Assembly (NCBI GenBank): GCA_012800735.1
Contig: JAAZIU010000011.1
Location: 44,542-108,541 of the forward strand
Direction: 5' to 3'
Source of the DNA: Clostridiales bacterium
GTDB taxonomy: Bacteria; Bacillota; Clostridia; Oscillospirales; CAG-272
Length of the DNA stretch: 64,000 nucleotides
Shown here: positions 51,863 to 61,118 of the stretch, in pieces
How the letters are laid out: the number at the start of each line of letters is the position of its first letter
Numbering within the stretch: the stretch's first letter is position 1
The notes under the pieces: generated by a model
What the model was told of the DNA's origin: nothing
The model's database searches: none
Seen by the model: only the letters and a program-made list of their open reading frames with translations
Program-made: the position numbers and the translations under genes

Positions 51863-53935
51863 ATGAGAACATCTCGTTTAAATATATTTATGTTAACCGC
51901 TCTGATTTTTTGTCTCATTTTCACTTTTCTTTCCTGTGTTTCAGGGGAAGACTCGAATTTGGTTGAGGAGGAAACGACTGTGGATATGACGGGTTTTAAA
52001 TGTACAATAGTTCGCGGCGATACCTCTAGTAAAGCCACGACGGACGCCGCGGTTAAACTGAGAAAGCAGCTCGCCGAAGCAGGCATTGACGCGAAAATTG
52101 AAACTGACTGGGTGAAGCGCGGAGAACAGATGGTCAGGTTTGAAAACGAAATACTCGTCGGTCGCACCAACCGACCCGAATCGGAAGAAGCGTATGCCAG
52201 AGTCGACGACAGCGAAACTCCCTGCGATTATCTGGTGAAAATCGGTGAGATTCCGCTGATAGCCGCAACAGACGAAAGCATAGCTGAGGCAGCGGACATT
52301 TTCGCCGAAGCTTACCTTAACTTTCTCCGGGGCGAGTTGAGCGAAGATACCGAATTCGTTCGCGAGCATGTCTTTCCGATAGCCGGTTTGACTTTTGAAG
52401 GGAAGCCGTTGAATGAATGGACTATTGTCATTCCCGAGAAATATAACGATTATGCATTAAATGAGATTAAGGGTATATCAGATCTGTTTCACACTTTATC
52501 CGGCAAACGACCGGAAATAACAGATACGCCTTCATCCGGAAATAATCTGTTTATAGGCGCCTCGTCAGATATGGTGCCTTCCGAATATGACCTTTCCTAT
52601 ATTGTCAAAAAGGACGGTAGCAGCATCTACATCGGCGGAAGCAACTGCTGGGCTGATTTAAGGGCTATTTACAACGAGCTAATCTATTCCGGTATGGGGC
52701 TGAAAGTCGACGGCAGCATATTAGATGCGAAAAGTGACATACGGCTTTCCGAGTGTGAGGTGGGTGACGAAAACCATTACCGTTCGTTTGCCGTCTCGGC
52801 GTGGTGTACCTCGGGCGACAGTTTCGATACCGAACGCCAAGTGAAAGAAGCAGCCGAAGCCGGCTTTACTAAAGTTAATGTCGCAGCCGCAAATAATGTT
52901 TCGTCACTTGATATGATGAAATGGTGCGCGATTTACGATCTGCAAATCTTATGGTCGGGTTTTGCAAATAACGGCGAATTTGATGCTTCTGGTTACTCGT
53001 CCATCAGTAAATATTTCGACGCGCCTCATGTTTGGGGATTCTATTTGAGGGACGAGCCGAATTCCTCTTTGTTCCCGGTATTGAAATCATCTGTCGAAGC
53101 CTTTGCGGAATGTTCGGATAAGATTGCTTTTGTAAATATCTTCCCGATGTATGCAAGTCAGGAGCAGCTCGGCAACCGGACTTACAATGAGCATGTTGTG
53201 CAGTTCCTCGATACAGTCAAGCCGAAATGGACTTCCGTTGATATATACCCCCTGAATGTCAACGGACTTTACGACGGATATTGCAAAAACCTTGATGAGT
53301 TCGCAACCCCCTGCCGTGAACGCGGTATCCCCTTCAGCGTATATCTGCAAAGCGTATCCTTTGCCGCTTCGAAACGCACCCCGTCAAGGAGGGATCTTGA
53401 ATGGCAGGTATGGTGCATTAAATCCTTCGGTGCGGATGAGGCGATTTATTTCACCTATATGACACCATACAGCTCCGCCGAGGATTTCAAAGACGCGCTT
53501 ATCGACCATAATCTCGAAAAAACCAACCGCTGGTTTTATGCTCAGGCGGTAAATTTCGAATTTGCCGTTTACGACGAAGCTTTCTCCCGCTATAAAAGGA
53601 ATTTGGGTGCGTTTTCTGTAAATTCGGATGGCAGCACAAAATTCTTGAAATTCAATAATCAGTATGATGCCTCCGGATTTATAAAAGAAATAGAAACCGA
53701 ATATCCGCTCCTTATCGGCTGCTTCGAGGGAGATAACGGCTCAAACGCTTTCACCGTTGTAAACTGCAACGATCTACAGCAGGATGAAAAAGCGGAGTTG
53801 AAGATCAATGTCGGAGCCTCTCTTACCGTTTGGCAGAACGGAGTGGCATCGATATTAAATCCGAATTCCGAGGGCTTCATAACGCTAATTCTTGACAACG
53901 GAGAAGGCGTGTTTTGTGAAATAAACGCCGAATAA
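51863..53935 (+). CDS. putative lipoprotein with two N-terminal alpha/beta domains and a glycoside-hydrolase-like TIM-barrel region
   Basis: Signal peptide plus LSC. The GFYLRDEPN motif resembles the clan GH-A acid/base NEP strand. No family is firmly recognised. Confidence 0.35.
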   Translation: MRTSRLNIFMLTALIFCLIFTFLSCVSGEDSNLVEEETTVDMTGFKCTIVRGDTSSKATTDAAVKLRKQLAEAGIDAKIETDWVKRGEQMVRFENEILVGRTNRPESEEAYARVDDSETPCDYLVKIGEIPLIAATDESIAEAADIFAEAYLNFLRGELSEDTEFVREHVFPIAGLTFEGKPLNEWTIVIPEKYNDYALNEIKGISDLFHTLSGKRPEITDTPSSGNNLFIGASSDMVPSEYDLSYIVKKDGSSIYIGGSNCWADLRAIYNELIYSGMGLKVDGSILDAKSDIRLSECEVGDENHYRSFAVSAWCTSGDSFDTERQVKEAAEAGFTKVNVAAANNVSSLDMMKWCAIYDLQILWSGFANNGEFDASGYSSISKYFDAPHVWGFYLRDEPNSSLFPVLKSSVEAFAECSDKIAFVNIFPMYASQEQLGNRTYNEHVVQFLDTVKPKWTSVDIYPLNVNGLYDGYCKNLDEFATPCRERGIPFSVYLQSVSFAASKRTPSRRDLEWQVWCIKSFGADEAIYFTYMTPYSSAEDFKDALIDHNLEKTNRWFYAQAVNFEFAVYDEAFSRYKRNLGAFSVNSDGSTKFLKFNNQYDASGFIKEIETEYPLLIGCFEGDNGSNAFTVVNCNDLQQDEKAELKINVGASLTVWQNGVASILNPNSEGFITLILDNGEGVFCEINAE

Positions 53936-53953
53936 ACAAACAGAGTGTGATAT

Positions 53954-55705
53954 ATGTTTAAGACATACAAAAGACTGCTTAAATCAATCGGAAAGTATAA
54001 AACAGCTTCGCTTCTTGCGCCCGCAACTATCGCCTTTGAAGTCGTAATGGAAGTTATCATTCCGCTTTTGATGGCGAAACTGATCGACAACGGCGTAAAC
54101 AAAGGCGATATGTCATATATACTGAGAATCGGAGCGATACTCGCCGGCTGCTGTATAATTTCGCTTTGCGGCGGAGTTCTTTCGGGCAGATTCGCAGCTG
54201 TCGCGTCTGCGGGTTTTGGGGCGAATCTCCGCCATGATATGTATAAAAATATCCAGACCTTTTCTTTCTCAAACATCGACAAATTCAGCACCGCATCAAT
54301 CGTAACGCGGCTTACAACCGATGTTACCCGAGTCACGGACGCTTATCAGATGATGATAAGAACGGCAATCCGCGGTCCTCTGATGATGATCTTCTCGTTT
54401 GTAATGGCATTTAATATTCATCCCACGCTCACACTTGTTTATCTGGCTGTTGCGCCGCTTTTGGCAGTCGGTCTGCTGTTCATTGCAAAGACCGTTCATC
54501 CGGTTTTTGTAAGAGTTTTTAAAAGATATGACACGCTTAACCGCGTAGTTCAGGAGAATCTGCGCGGCATCAGGGTTGTCAAGTCTTTCGTCCGCGAAGA
54601 TCACGAGCGTGAAAAATTTAATACCGTTTCAGACGACATCTATAAAGATTTCACTACCGCGGAAAAGCGCCTGGCTTTAAACGCGCCGATGATGCAGCTT
54701 TCTGTTAACACCTGCCTGCTTGTTATAGCATGGTTCGGCTCAAAGTATATAGTAAATTCCGGCGGTACCGCCATGACTACCGGTCAGCTTGTGTCGCTTA
54801 CTTCATATACAATGCAGATTCTGATGAGTTTGATTATGCTCAGCTTTGTCTTTGTTATGATGACGATTTCTCGCGCTTCTTCCGAACGCATATACGAAAT
54901 ACTTGAAGAAAAAAGCGACATTGTCTCTCCCGACAACGGAATTTGCGATATCCCCGACGGCTCGGTTCAATTTGAGAATGTAAGCTTTTCATATTCGGAG
55001 AAAGCGGAAAAGCCGGTCCTTGATTGTATTAACCTTGATATCAAATCGGGTGAAACAATAGGTATCATTGGAATGACCGGTTCAGCGAAGACAAGCCTTG
55101 TGCAGCTTATACCACGTCTCTACGATACCACAAAAGGCATCGTCAAGGTCGGCGGAATTGATGTCCGCGATTATGACCTTGAAGCGCTGCGCGACGAGGT
55201 TTCAATGGTACTTCAGAAGAATCTGCTTTTCTCCGGAACGATAAAGGAAAATTTGCGCTGGGGAAACGAGAATGCTTCAGATGAGGAACTGGAAAGAGTC
55301 TGCCGTCTTGCCTGCGCCGACGAATTTATCCGTGAATTCAGTGACGGCTATGACAGTCATATTGAACAGGGAGGCGCAAATGTCTCGGGAGGTCAGAAGC
55401 AGCGTCTTTGTATCGCCCGCGCTCTTTTGAAAAAACCAAAGATACTTATCCTCGACGACTCTACTTCGGCGGTCGATACCCATACCGACGCAAAGATACG
55501 CAAGGCTTTAGCCGAAGAAACACCGGATACCACAAAAATTATCATCGCTCAGAGGGTCGCATCGGTTGAAGACGCCGACAGGATTATAGTAATGAACGAC
55601 GGCAAGGTAGAAGCGTTCGGCTCTCATAATGAGCTGCTTGCAAATAATGAAATGTACCGCAACGTTTACGAATCTCAGATGAAGGGAAGTGGTTCTGTTG
55701 CATAA
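53954..55705 (+). CDS. ABC exporter half-transporter (TMD-NBD), the subunit with a degenerate NBD
   Basis: Six-TM domain plus NBD. Walker A is GMTGSAKT, signature VSGGQ, Walker B ILILDDSTS (D instead of the catalytic E), and the H-loop is IAQR. Confidence 0.85.
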   Translation: MFKTYKRLLKSIGKYKTASLLAPATIAFEVVMEVIIPLLMAKLIDNGVNKGDMSYILRIGAILAGCCIISLCGGVLSGRFAAVASAGFGANLRHDMYKNIQTFSFSNIDKFSTASIVTRLTTDVTRVTDAYQMMIRTAIRGPLMMIFSFVMAFNIHPTLTLVYLAVAPLLAVGLLFIAKTVHPVFVRVFKRYDTLNRVVQENLRGIRVVKSFVREDHEREKFNTVSDDIYKDFTTAEKRLALNAPMMQLSVNTCLLVIAWFGSKYIVNSGGTAMTTGQLVSLTSYTMQILMSLIMLSFVFVMMTISRASSERIYEILEEKSDIVSPDNGICDIPDGSVQFENVSFSYSEKAEKPVLDCINLDIKSGETIGIIGMTGSAKTSLVQLIPRLYDTTKGIVKVGGIDVRDYDLEALRDEVSMVLQKNLLFSGTIKENLRWGNENASDEELERVCRLACADEFIREFSDGYDSHIEQGGANVSGGQKQRLCIARALLKKPKILILDDSTSAVDTHTDAKIRKALAEETPDTTKIIIAQRVASVEDADRIIVMNDGKVEAFGSHNELLANNEMYRNVYESQMKGSGSVA

Positions 55706-57605
55706 GGGTGGTTCTGTCCCGAAAAAGGAAAACATCCTCAAAAGACTCAGCCATAATCGCGGAACCGCGCTGAGATTGCTTTCTTATCTTGGGGATTATA
55801 AGCTCAGAGTTGCCGCCGTCGCTGCCTGTATAATAGTCAACGCTGCAGCCAGCGTAGCCGGTTCAATGTTTATGCGAATAGTTATTGATGATTTCGTCGA
55901 ACCGATGCTCGTGAGCGGTTCACGGGATTTTTCCGGGCTTGCTTTTGCTATCCTCCGTCAGGCGCTTATATATGCAGTGGGAATTTTCTGCATCTTCATG
56001 TATAATCGGATAATGTGCACTATAACTCAAGCAATTCTTCGCGATATAAGAAATAATATGTTCGACCATATGCAGACCCTCCCGGTCAAATATTTTGATA
56101 CAAACAGCTACGGCGATGTTATGAGCCGATATACCAACGATACCGACGCGCTGAGGATGATGATAAGTCGGGGAGTTCCACAGGTGTTCTCATCTGTAAT
56201 AACGATAATATCAACTTTCGTTGCGATGTGCATAACTTCGATTCCGCTTACAATTTTTACATTGCTTAGCCTTACGGCAATGCTATGGGTAACAAAAGAG
56301 ATAGCCAAAAATAGCCGTAAATATTTTGTCAGCCAGCAGAAGGCAATAGGCGAACTTGACGGTTATGTCGAGGAGATGATCAACGGTCAGAAGGTCGTCA
56401 AGATTTTCAATCATGAGAAGAAGGCTCAGGAGGGGTTTGACAAGCTAAACGAAGAGCTTAATGCCAATGTCTCAAAGGCAAATACCTTCGCTAACATCTT
56501 AGGACCCGCAAACAACAATTTAAGCCATCTTCAATATACATTGCTGGCAGTTTTAGGCGGCTTTCTTGCAATCAACGGAATAGGCGGCATGACTCTCGGC
56601 GGTATTGCCGCTTTCCTAAGTCTTTCCCGCAGTTTTGTTATGCCGATCGGCCAGGTATCGCAGCAGCTGAACTCAATTATTATCGCGCTTGCCGCCGGAG
56701 AGAGAATATTCAAACTGATTGATGAACCCTCCGAAACCAACGACGGATATGTGACTCTTGTCAATGCCGAAATCAACGCTGACGGTGAAATAAAGGAGAG
56801 CAGTTATCGCACCGGCAGATGGGCGTGGCGGCATCCGCATAAAGCGGACGGAAGCGTTACCTATAACGAGCTAAAGGGAGACGTAAGACTGATTGACGTC
56901 GACTTTGCATATGAGCCGGGCAAACCTGTTCTTCACGATATAAATATATACGCCGAACCAGGACAGAAGGTAGCCTTTGTCGGCGCAACAGGCGCCGGTA
57001 AAACAACCGTCACAAATCTTTTGAATCGCTTTTATGATGTAGATGACGGAAAGATCAGATACGACGGAATTAATATCAACAAAATAAAAAAAGCCGACCT
57101 GCGCCGTTCACTCGGTATGGTTCTTCAGGATGTCAACCTTTTTACCGGAACGGTCCTCGAAAATATCCGTTTCGGAAAGCTTGATGCGACCGATGAAGAG
57201 TGTATCGATGCGGCTAAACGCGCCAACGCGGACGGTTTTATAAGAATGTTGCCGGAAGGATATAACACCGTTCTCGAGGGCGACGGTTCCGGGCTTTCTC
57301 AAGGACAGCGTCAGCTGATATCAATCGCCCGCGCTGCGGTCGCTAACCCGCCGGTAATGATTCTTGACGAAGCGACCTCTTCTATCGACACTTCAACCGA
57401 AGCGGTTGTTCAAAGGGGAATGGACGCGCTGATGCAGGGAAGGACTGTCTTTGTCATCGCGCACAGGTTATCAACCGTCCGAAACTCCGATGTCATAATG
57501 GTGTTTGAAAATGGCAGGATTATCGAACGCGGCAGTCACGACAAGCTGATATCGGAGCAAGGGAAATATTGGCAGCTCTATACCGGCGTCTTCGAGCTTG
57601 AATAA
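55689..57605 (+). CDS. ABC exporter half-transporter (TMD-NBD), the subunit with a consensus NBD
   Basis: Walker A GATGAGKTT, Walker B MILDEATS and H-loop IAHRLST, but the signature is LSQGQ. The start is uncertain (GTG 55689 or TTG 55698). Confidence 0.85.
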   Translation: MVLLHKGGSVPKKENILKRLSHNRGTALRLLSYLGDYKLRVAAVAACIIVNAAASVAGSMFMRIVIDDFVEPMLVSGSRDFSGLAFAILRQALIYAVGIFCIFMYNRIMCTITQAILRDIRNNMFDHMQTLPVKYFDTNSYGDVMSRYTNDTDALRMMISRGVPQVFSSVITIISTFVAMCITSIPLTIFTLLSLTAMLWVTKEIAKNSRKYFVSQQKAIGELDGYVEEMINGQKVVKIFNHEKKAQEGFDKLNEELNANVSKANTFANILGPANNNLSHLQYTLLAVLGGFLAINGIGGMTLGGIAAFLSLSRSFVMPIGQVSQQLNSIIIALAAGERIFKLIDEPSETNDGYVTLVNAEINADGEIKESSYRTGRWAWRHPHKADGSVTYNELKGDVRLIDVDFAYEPGKPVLHDINIYAEPGQKVAFVGATGAGKTTVTNLLNRFYDVDDGKIRYDGININKIKKADLRRSLGMVLQDVNLFTGTVLENIRFGKLDATDEECIDAAKRANADGFIRMLPEGYNTVLEGDGSGLSQGQRQLISIARAAVANPPVMILDEATSSIDTSTEAVVQRGMDALMQGRTVFVIAHRLSTVRNSDVIMVFENGRIIERGSHDKLISEQGKYWQLYTGVFELE

Positions 57606-57645
57606 AAACACAACCGTGAGTCTTACTCACGGTTGTTGCTGTTTA
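57604..57645. terminator. bidirectional rho-independent terminator
   Basis: 11-bp stem acaaccgtgag/ctcacggttgt between convergent genes. Confidence 0.85.
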
Positions 57646-57660
57646 TTGGTTATCCTTTTA

Positions 57661-58797
57661 TTATTCGGATTCGGGATATGCAGCGATAGCATTAGCGACC
57701 TTATACATTTCTGCGAACTCAGCGGCTTTAGCGGCGCAGAAAGCGCGCATTTCAGCCTGCTCTTCGGCGGTGAAAGCGTCAAGATCTCCGGGCTTAAGGT
57801 TGTTCTTGTACATTCTGTCAAGGATGAGCGCGTAATTAATATCAAGCGAGATGATATCCGACTTTTGTTTGCAGACTACCAGCTTCGATTTTCCTTCAAG
57901 CAGCAAACGAACGGCTTCATAACCCATCCGAGAAGCAAGCACTCTGTCGCGCGGAGTGGGAATACCGCCGCGGAGGATATGAGCGGGACGGCAGAACTTC
58001 GTTTCAACACCGGTCGCGGCTTCAAGGCGCTTTGCAAAGTCTTCGCAGTAATTTTTAATGCCCTCTTCTTCTTTTTTAAACTTGACTCCCTCGGCTATGA
58101 CGACGATAAAGCTGCGTTTGCCCTGATTCTTTGCATTTATGATATTCTCAAAAATCTCTTCTTCGGAATACGGGCATTCGCAGGTAAGGATTGCGGAGGC
58201 TCCCGCCGCTATTCCGGCTTCCAAGGCGATATAACCGGCATTGCGTCCCATCAGCTCTACAACGTTGCAGCGCGCGTGAGATTCGCAGGTATCGCGGAGC
58301 TTGTCTATAAGCTCGACGGCGGTATTGAGCGCAGTATCAAAACCTATCGATTCATCTGTTGCGGTTATATCGTTGTCTATCGTCGCCGGAAGTCCGATGC
58401 AGGGAATACCCCGGTTGGTAAGGTCGGTAGCGCCGCGGAAGGTTCCGTCACCGCCTATTGCGACTATACCGTCTATATTGTGGCGGCGGCAGGTAGCTAT
58501 CGCTTTTGCCATCCCCTCTTCTGTTTTGAATTCGGGAGCGCGGGCAGATTTAAGCATTGTGGCGCCCTTGTCGATGATATTTGTTACGGCATACGCATCA
58601 AGCTTTATAAGCGAGCCTGGGAAGTGCGATTTCGGATCCGCGGGCAGATCATCCATTAATCCCTGAAATCCTTCATAAACGCCGTATACCTCAACACCTT
58701 GTTCAAGCGCGGCGCGGGCAACCGAACGAATCAAAGCGTTCATGCCGGGAGCATCGCCGCCGGAGGTAAGAACACCGATATTTCTGAATTTAGCCAT
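57661..58797 (-). CDS. pfkA: 6-phosphofructokinase (GGDG type, so ATP-dependent is predicted) with a C-terminal extension
   Basis: IGVLTSGGDAPGMNA, IGGDGTFRGA and MGRNAGY. The start is trimmed to MAKFRNIG, with an AGGAGA RBS. Confidence 0.9.
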   Translation of the reverse strand: MAKFRNIGVLTSGGDAPGMNALIRSVARAALEQGVEVYGVYEGFQGLMDDLPADPKSHFPGSLIKLDAYAVTNIIDKGATMLKSARAPEFKTEEGMAKAIATCRRHNIDGIVAIGGDGTFRGATDLTNRGIPCIGLPATIDNDITATDESIGFDTALNTAVELIDKLRDTCESHARCNVVELMGRNAGYIALEAGIAAGASAILTCECPYSEEEIFENIINAKNQGKRSFIVVIAEGVKFKKEEEGIKNYCEDFAKRLEAATGVETKFCRPAHILRGGIPTPRDRVLASRMGYEAVRLLLEGKSKLVVCKQKSDIISLDINYALILDRMYKNNLKPGDLDAFTAEEQAEMRAFCAAKAAEFAEMYKVANAIAAYPESE

Positions 58798-58906
58798 AAT
58801 AAAATCTCCTGAGAAAATTAATAACATTAATATAATAATACAAATCGGCTATAAAGTCAAGCAGATATTGTATCGAAGATGTGTATCCTTTGTAGGAAAG
58901 TTATTT

Positions 58907-60100
58907 TCAGCCCTCGCTTGCGATTGACCTTAAAAGCGCGGAAAGTATCCCCTGATGCGCATAACTGAGTGTTTTGCGGTCTATTACCCGGATACCCAAG
59001 TCTGCGGCGCGCTGACTGAAATAAGGCTCAGAAGAGGCGTCACCCATTGTCATAAGTACCGCAGTGGTATCGCAGCCGCCGAAACGGGAAGATAAAGTGC
59101 GTATTTCATTGAGAGCAGATGCAGAAGGAATGCTCAGTTTACATGAGATAAACAGCGATTTCGGCCATTTGACAGCCACGCAGTCGATCTCATTATATGT
59201 TGTCCCTGCTTTGCCGGCTTCGTGAGCCATCCAGTTTACAATAACCGAAGCGGCGCAGTCGTCGAAAAAATCCGCTTCCCGACAGCAGACCCAGCAGATA
59301 AGCTCAAGCCATACTCCGGCATCTGATAGCAGCGCTGGCATCTTCGAGTTGGTAAATTCAAACGAAACCATCGGTTTTTTATATTTGAAGTTTGTAATGA
59401 TTCCGGCTGCGTTAAGTTTGCGCAGGATGCGCATATTCGCCTGAAGCTTGTCTTTTCCCGTGCGTTTTACCGACGAGGGATATCGGATGTTCTCCGGATA
59501 GCCGGCGTTTTTGGCAGATGAAGCGGCTGCCTGAAGCCAGGCGGTAAAGCGCGTCCAGCCTGACATATGCTGTAAAAATATCTCCCAAATCGCTTTGATT
59601 GTATCGGTCCAAGCGACAATCTCATCAGGGGCAATTCTTCCGAAGCCTTCAACCTTTGCACCGGCGATTTCAAAGAGCTCGGGAATTGTAATCGTAGGTC
59701 TCGGCAGATTTTCCCGAACAAAACTTGCGTATTTTACATTCTTAAAACGCCGGTTTTCAAAGTCATAGGAAATCACCGGAACCCGATATTCGGCGCATAA
59801 CATGCCTGCGGCGAAAGCAGCGGCTTCTCCGCCTCCCGTTATATCAATGGTTCCCCCTCCGGTAACTCTGAAGATCCGGTTCAGCTTATCATAAATAGCC
59901 TTCTGGTCTTCCATGTCGGCGGAAAGGAAGATAACAGAGCATTGGGGAAGTCTTCTTTTGATAAATGAACGGATTCCTTTTATAATTCCTCCGCCGGTAT
60001 TCAGTCCGCATAGATATATAAGTCTTTTCGGGCAAAAGGTCTGAGGCGCTAAGACATTGTCTGCCGGTCTTGCGTCCAAAAGCTCAATGAGAGTTTCCAT
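58907..60100 (-). CDS. Card1/Can2-like (DUF1887-type) protein: CARF-like N-domain plus a PD-(D/E)xK nuclease-like C-domain with non-canonical residues
   Basis: N-terminus LIELLDARPADNVL...IDITGGGEAAAF (CARF-like Rossmann layout). C-terminus GVWLE...NEIDCVAV...LFISCK (E...D...xCK layout). Family recalled from memory; not searched. Confidence 0.5.
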   Translation of the reverse strand: METLIELLDARPADNVLAPQTFCPKRLIYLCGLNTGGGIIKGIRSFIKRRLPQCSVIFLSADMEDQKAIYDKLNRIFRVTGGGTIDITGGGEAAAFAAGMLCAEYRVPVISYDFENRRFKNVKYASFVRENLPRPTITIPELFEIAGAKVEGFGRIAPDEIVAWTDTIKAIWEIFLQHMSGWTRFTAWLQAAASSAKNAGYPENIRYPSSVKRTGKDKLQANMRILRKLNAAGIITNFKYKKPMVSFEFTNSKMPALLSDAGVWLELICWVCCREADFFDDCAASVIVNWMAHEAGKAGTTYNEIDCVAVKWPKSLFISCKLSIPSASALNEIRTLSSRFGGCDTTAVLMTMGDASSEPYFSQRAADLGIRVIDRKTLSYAHQGILSALLRSIASEG

Positions 60101-60116
60101 GTTGCAAGGGATTTTT

Positions 60117-60857
60117 TCAAAGTGCGTATTGTTCTATAAATCTGACAATAGGTGAAGGATCTTTTAATGAATGAGGATGATGAGCGCATCCGGGTTTCGT
60201 AATCATCTGAACTTTTCCGCCGAAAGACCGGAAGCGCTTGTCCATGATATTTACGTTTTCTGACGGCGGAACATCGGTGTCTGCGTCTCCGATCACCATA
60301 ATAAGCGGTATTCCGGATTTTGCTACGGTTTCGGCTTTATCGAGCGGATTTTCACGGAACATCATGGCGGTCTCATCATTCAGTCCGTACCATTTCATGC
60401 ATTCCTTCCATTCTTTAGGGCTGGTTTTTGCCGACCCTATCCCTCCCGGCCAGGATCGGATATCAAGAACCGGAGCATCAAGATACAGAGCGGAAACATT
60501 GTCGGGATATTTAGCAGCGAAATTGAAAGCGTAAAGTGCGCCGCGTGAAAATCCGAACAGAACTGCGCGGTCGTATAGAGCAAAAGAATCAGTTACAGTC
60601 TCATGAAACTTCTTGAACATCTCAATACTTTCCGGGCAGCCATACATATCTGAACAATTATGGTAAGCAAGATACCATCCCCGCTCAAGCAGCGCCATAT
60701 CCGCCGAATCAAAAGCGCCAAAGAACTCCGCCCGCCAAACCCAGCGGCGGTCTTCTCTCGGCTTTTTGGGAACGACAATATAAGATTCGCGGTTATCCAC
60801 CTTGAAGTCTATTTTTTGATGTTCCTTCCAATATGACTGAGTTATTGTTATTGCCAT
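60117..60857 (-). CDS. alpha/beta hydrolase (esterase/dienelactone-hydrolase-like)
   Basis: Nucleophile elbow GFSRGA, late acid/His region GDADTDV...CAHHPH, and 246 aa. Confidence 0.7.
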   Translation of the reverse strand: MAITITQSYWKEHQKIDFKVDNRESYIVVPKKPREDRRWVWRAEFFGAFDSADMALLERGWYLAYHNCSDMYGCPESIEMFKKFHETVTDSFALYDRAVLFGFSRGALYAFNFAAKYPDNVSALYLDAPVLDIRSWPGGIGSAKTSPKEWKECMKWYGLNDETAMMFRENPLDKAETVAKSGIPLIMVIGDADTDVPPSENVNIMDKRFRSFGGKVQMITKPGCAHHPHSLKDPSPIVRFIEQYAL

Positions 60858-61118
60858 GATGTACCTCGTTTAATTGTATCAAATGATAAACAGATTATAT
60901 TCATCTTAGAAAATTTTTTAAGCGATAGTTATAAAATGAATTTATTCAACATTAATATTATAACGCCTTTTGGATATATTTTCAAGAGGAAATAAGACAA
61001 AATACTTGAAAATATCCTCCGGTAATGGTAAAATATCTATAAGGAATTTTATTTACTTAAAAGCGATGTGAAATATCGAAAAAATAACACGACAATCCAG
61101 AGGATAGAGAGGTTAGAA

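Noticed and set aside
53659-54336. 225-aa minus-strand ORF spanning the junction between the lipoprotein end and the ABC exporter start
   Set aside because: It overlaps two well-supported plus-strand genes and their intergenic RBS. It has no RBS or motif of its own.
57598-58659. 353-aa plus-strand ORF
   Set aside because: It lies entirely antisense to the strongly recognisable pfkA gene. Its sequence is low-complexity (Cys/Arg/Phe-rich) and it has no RBS. It is a typical shadow ORF.
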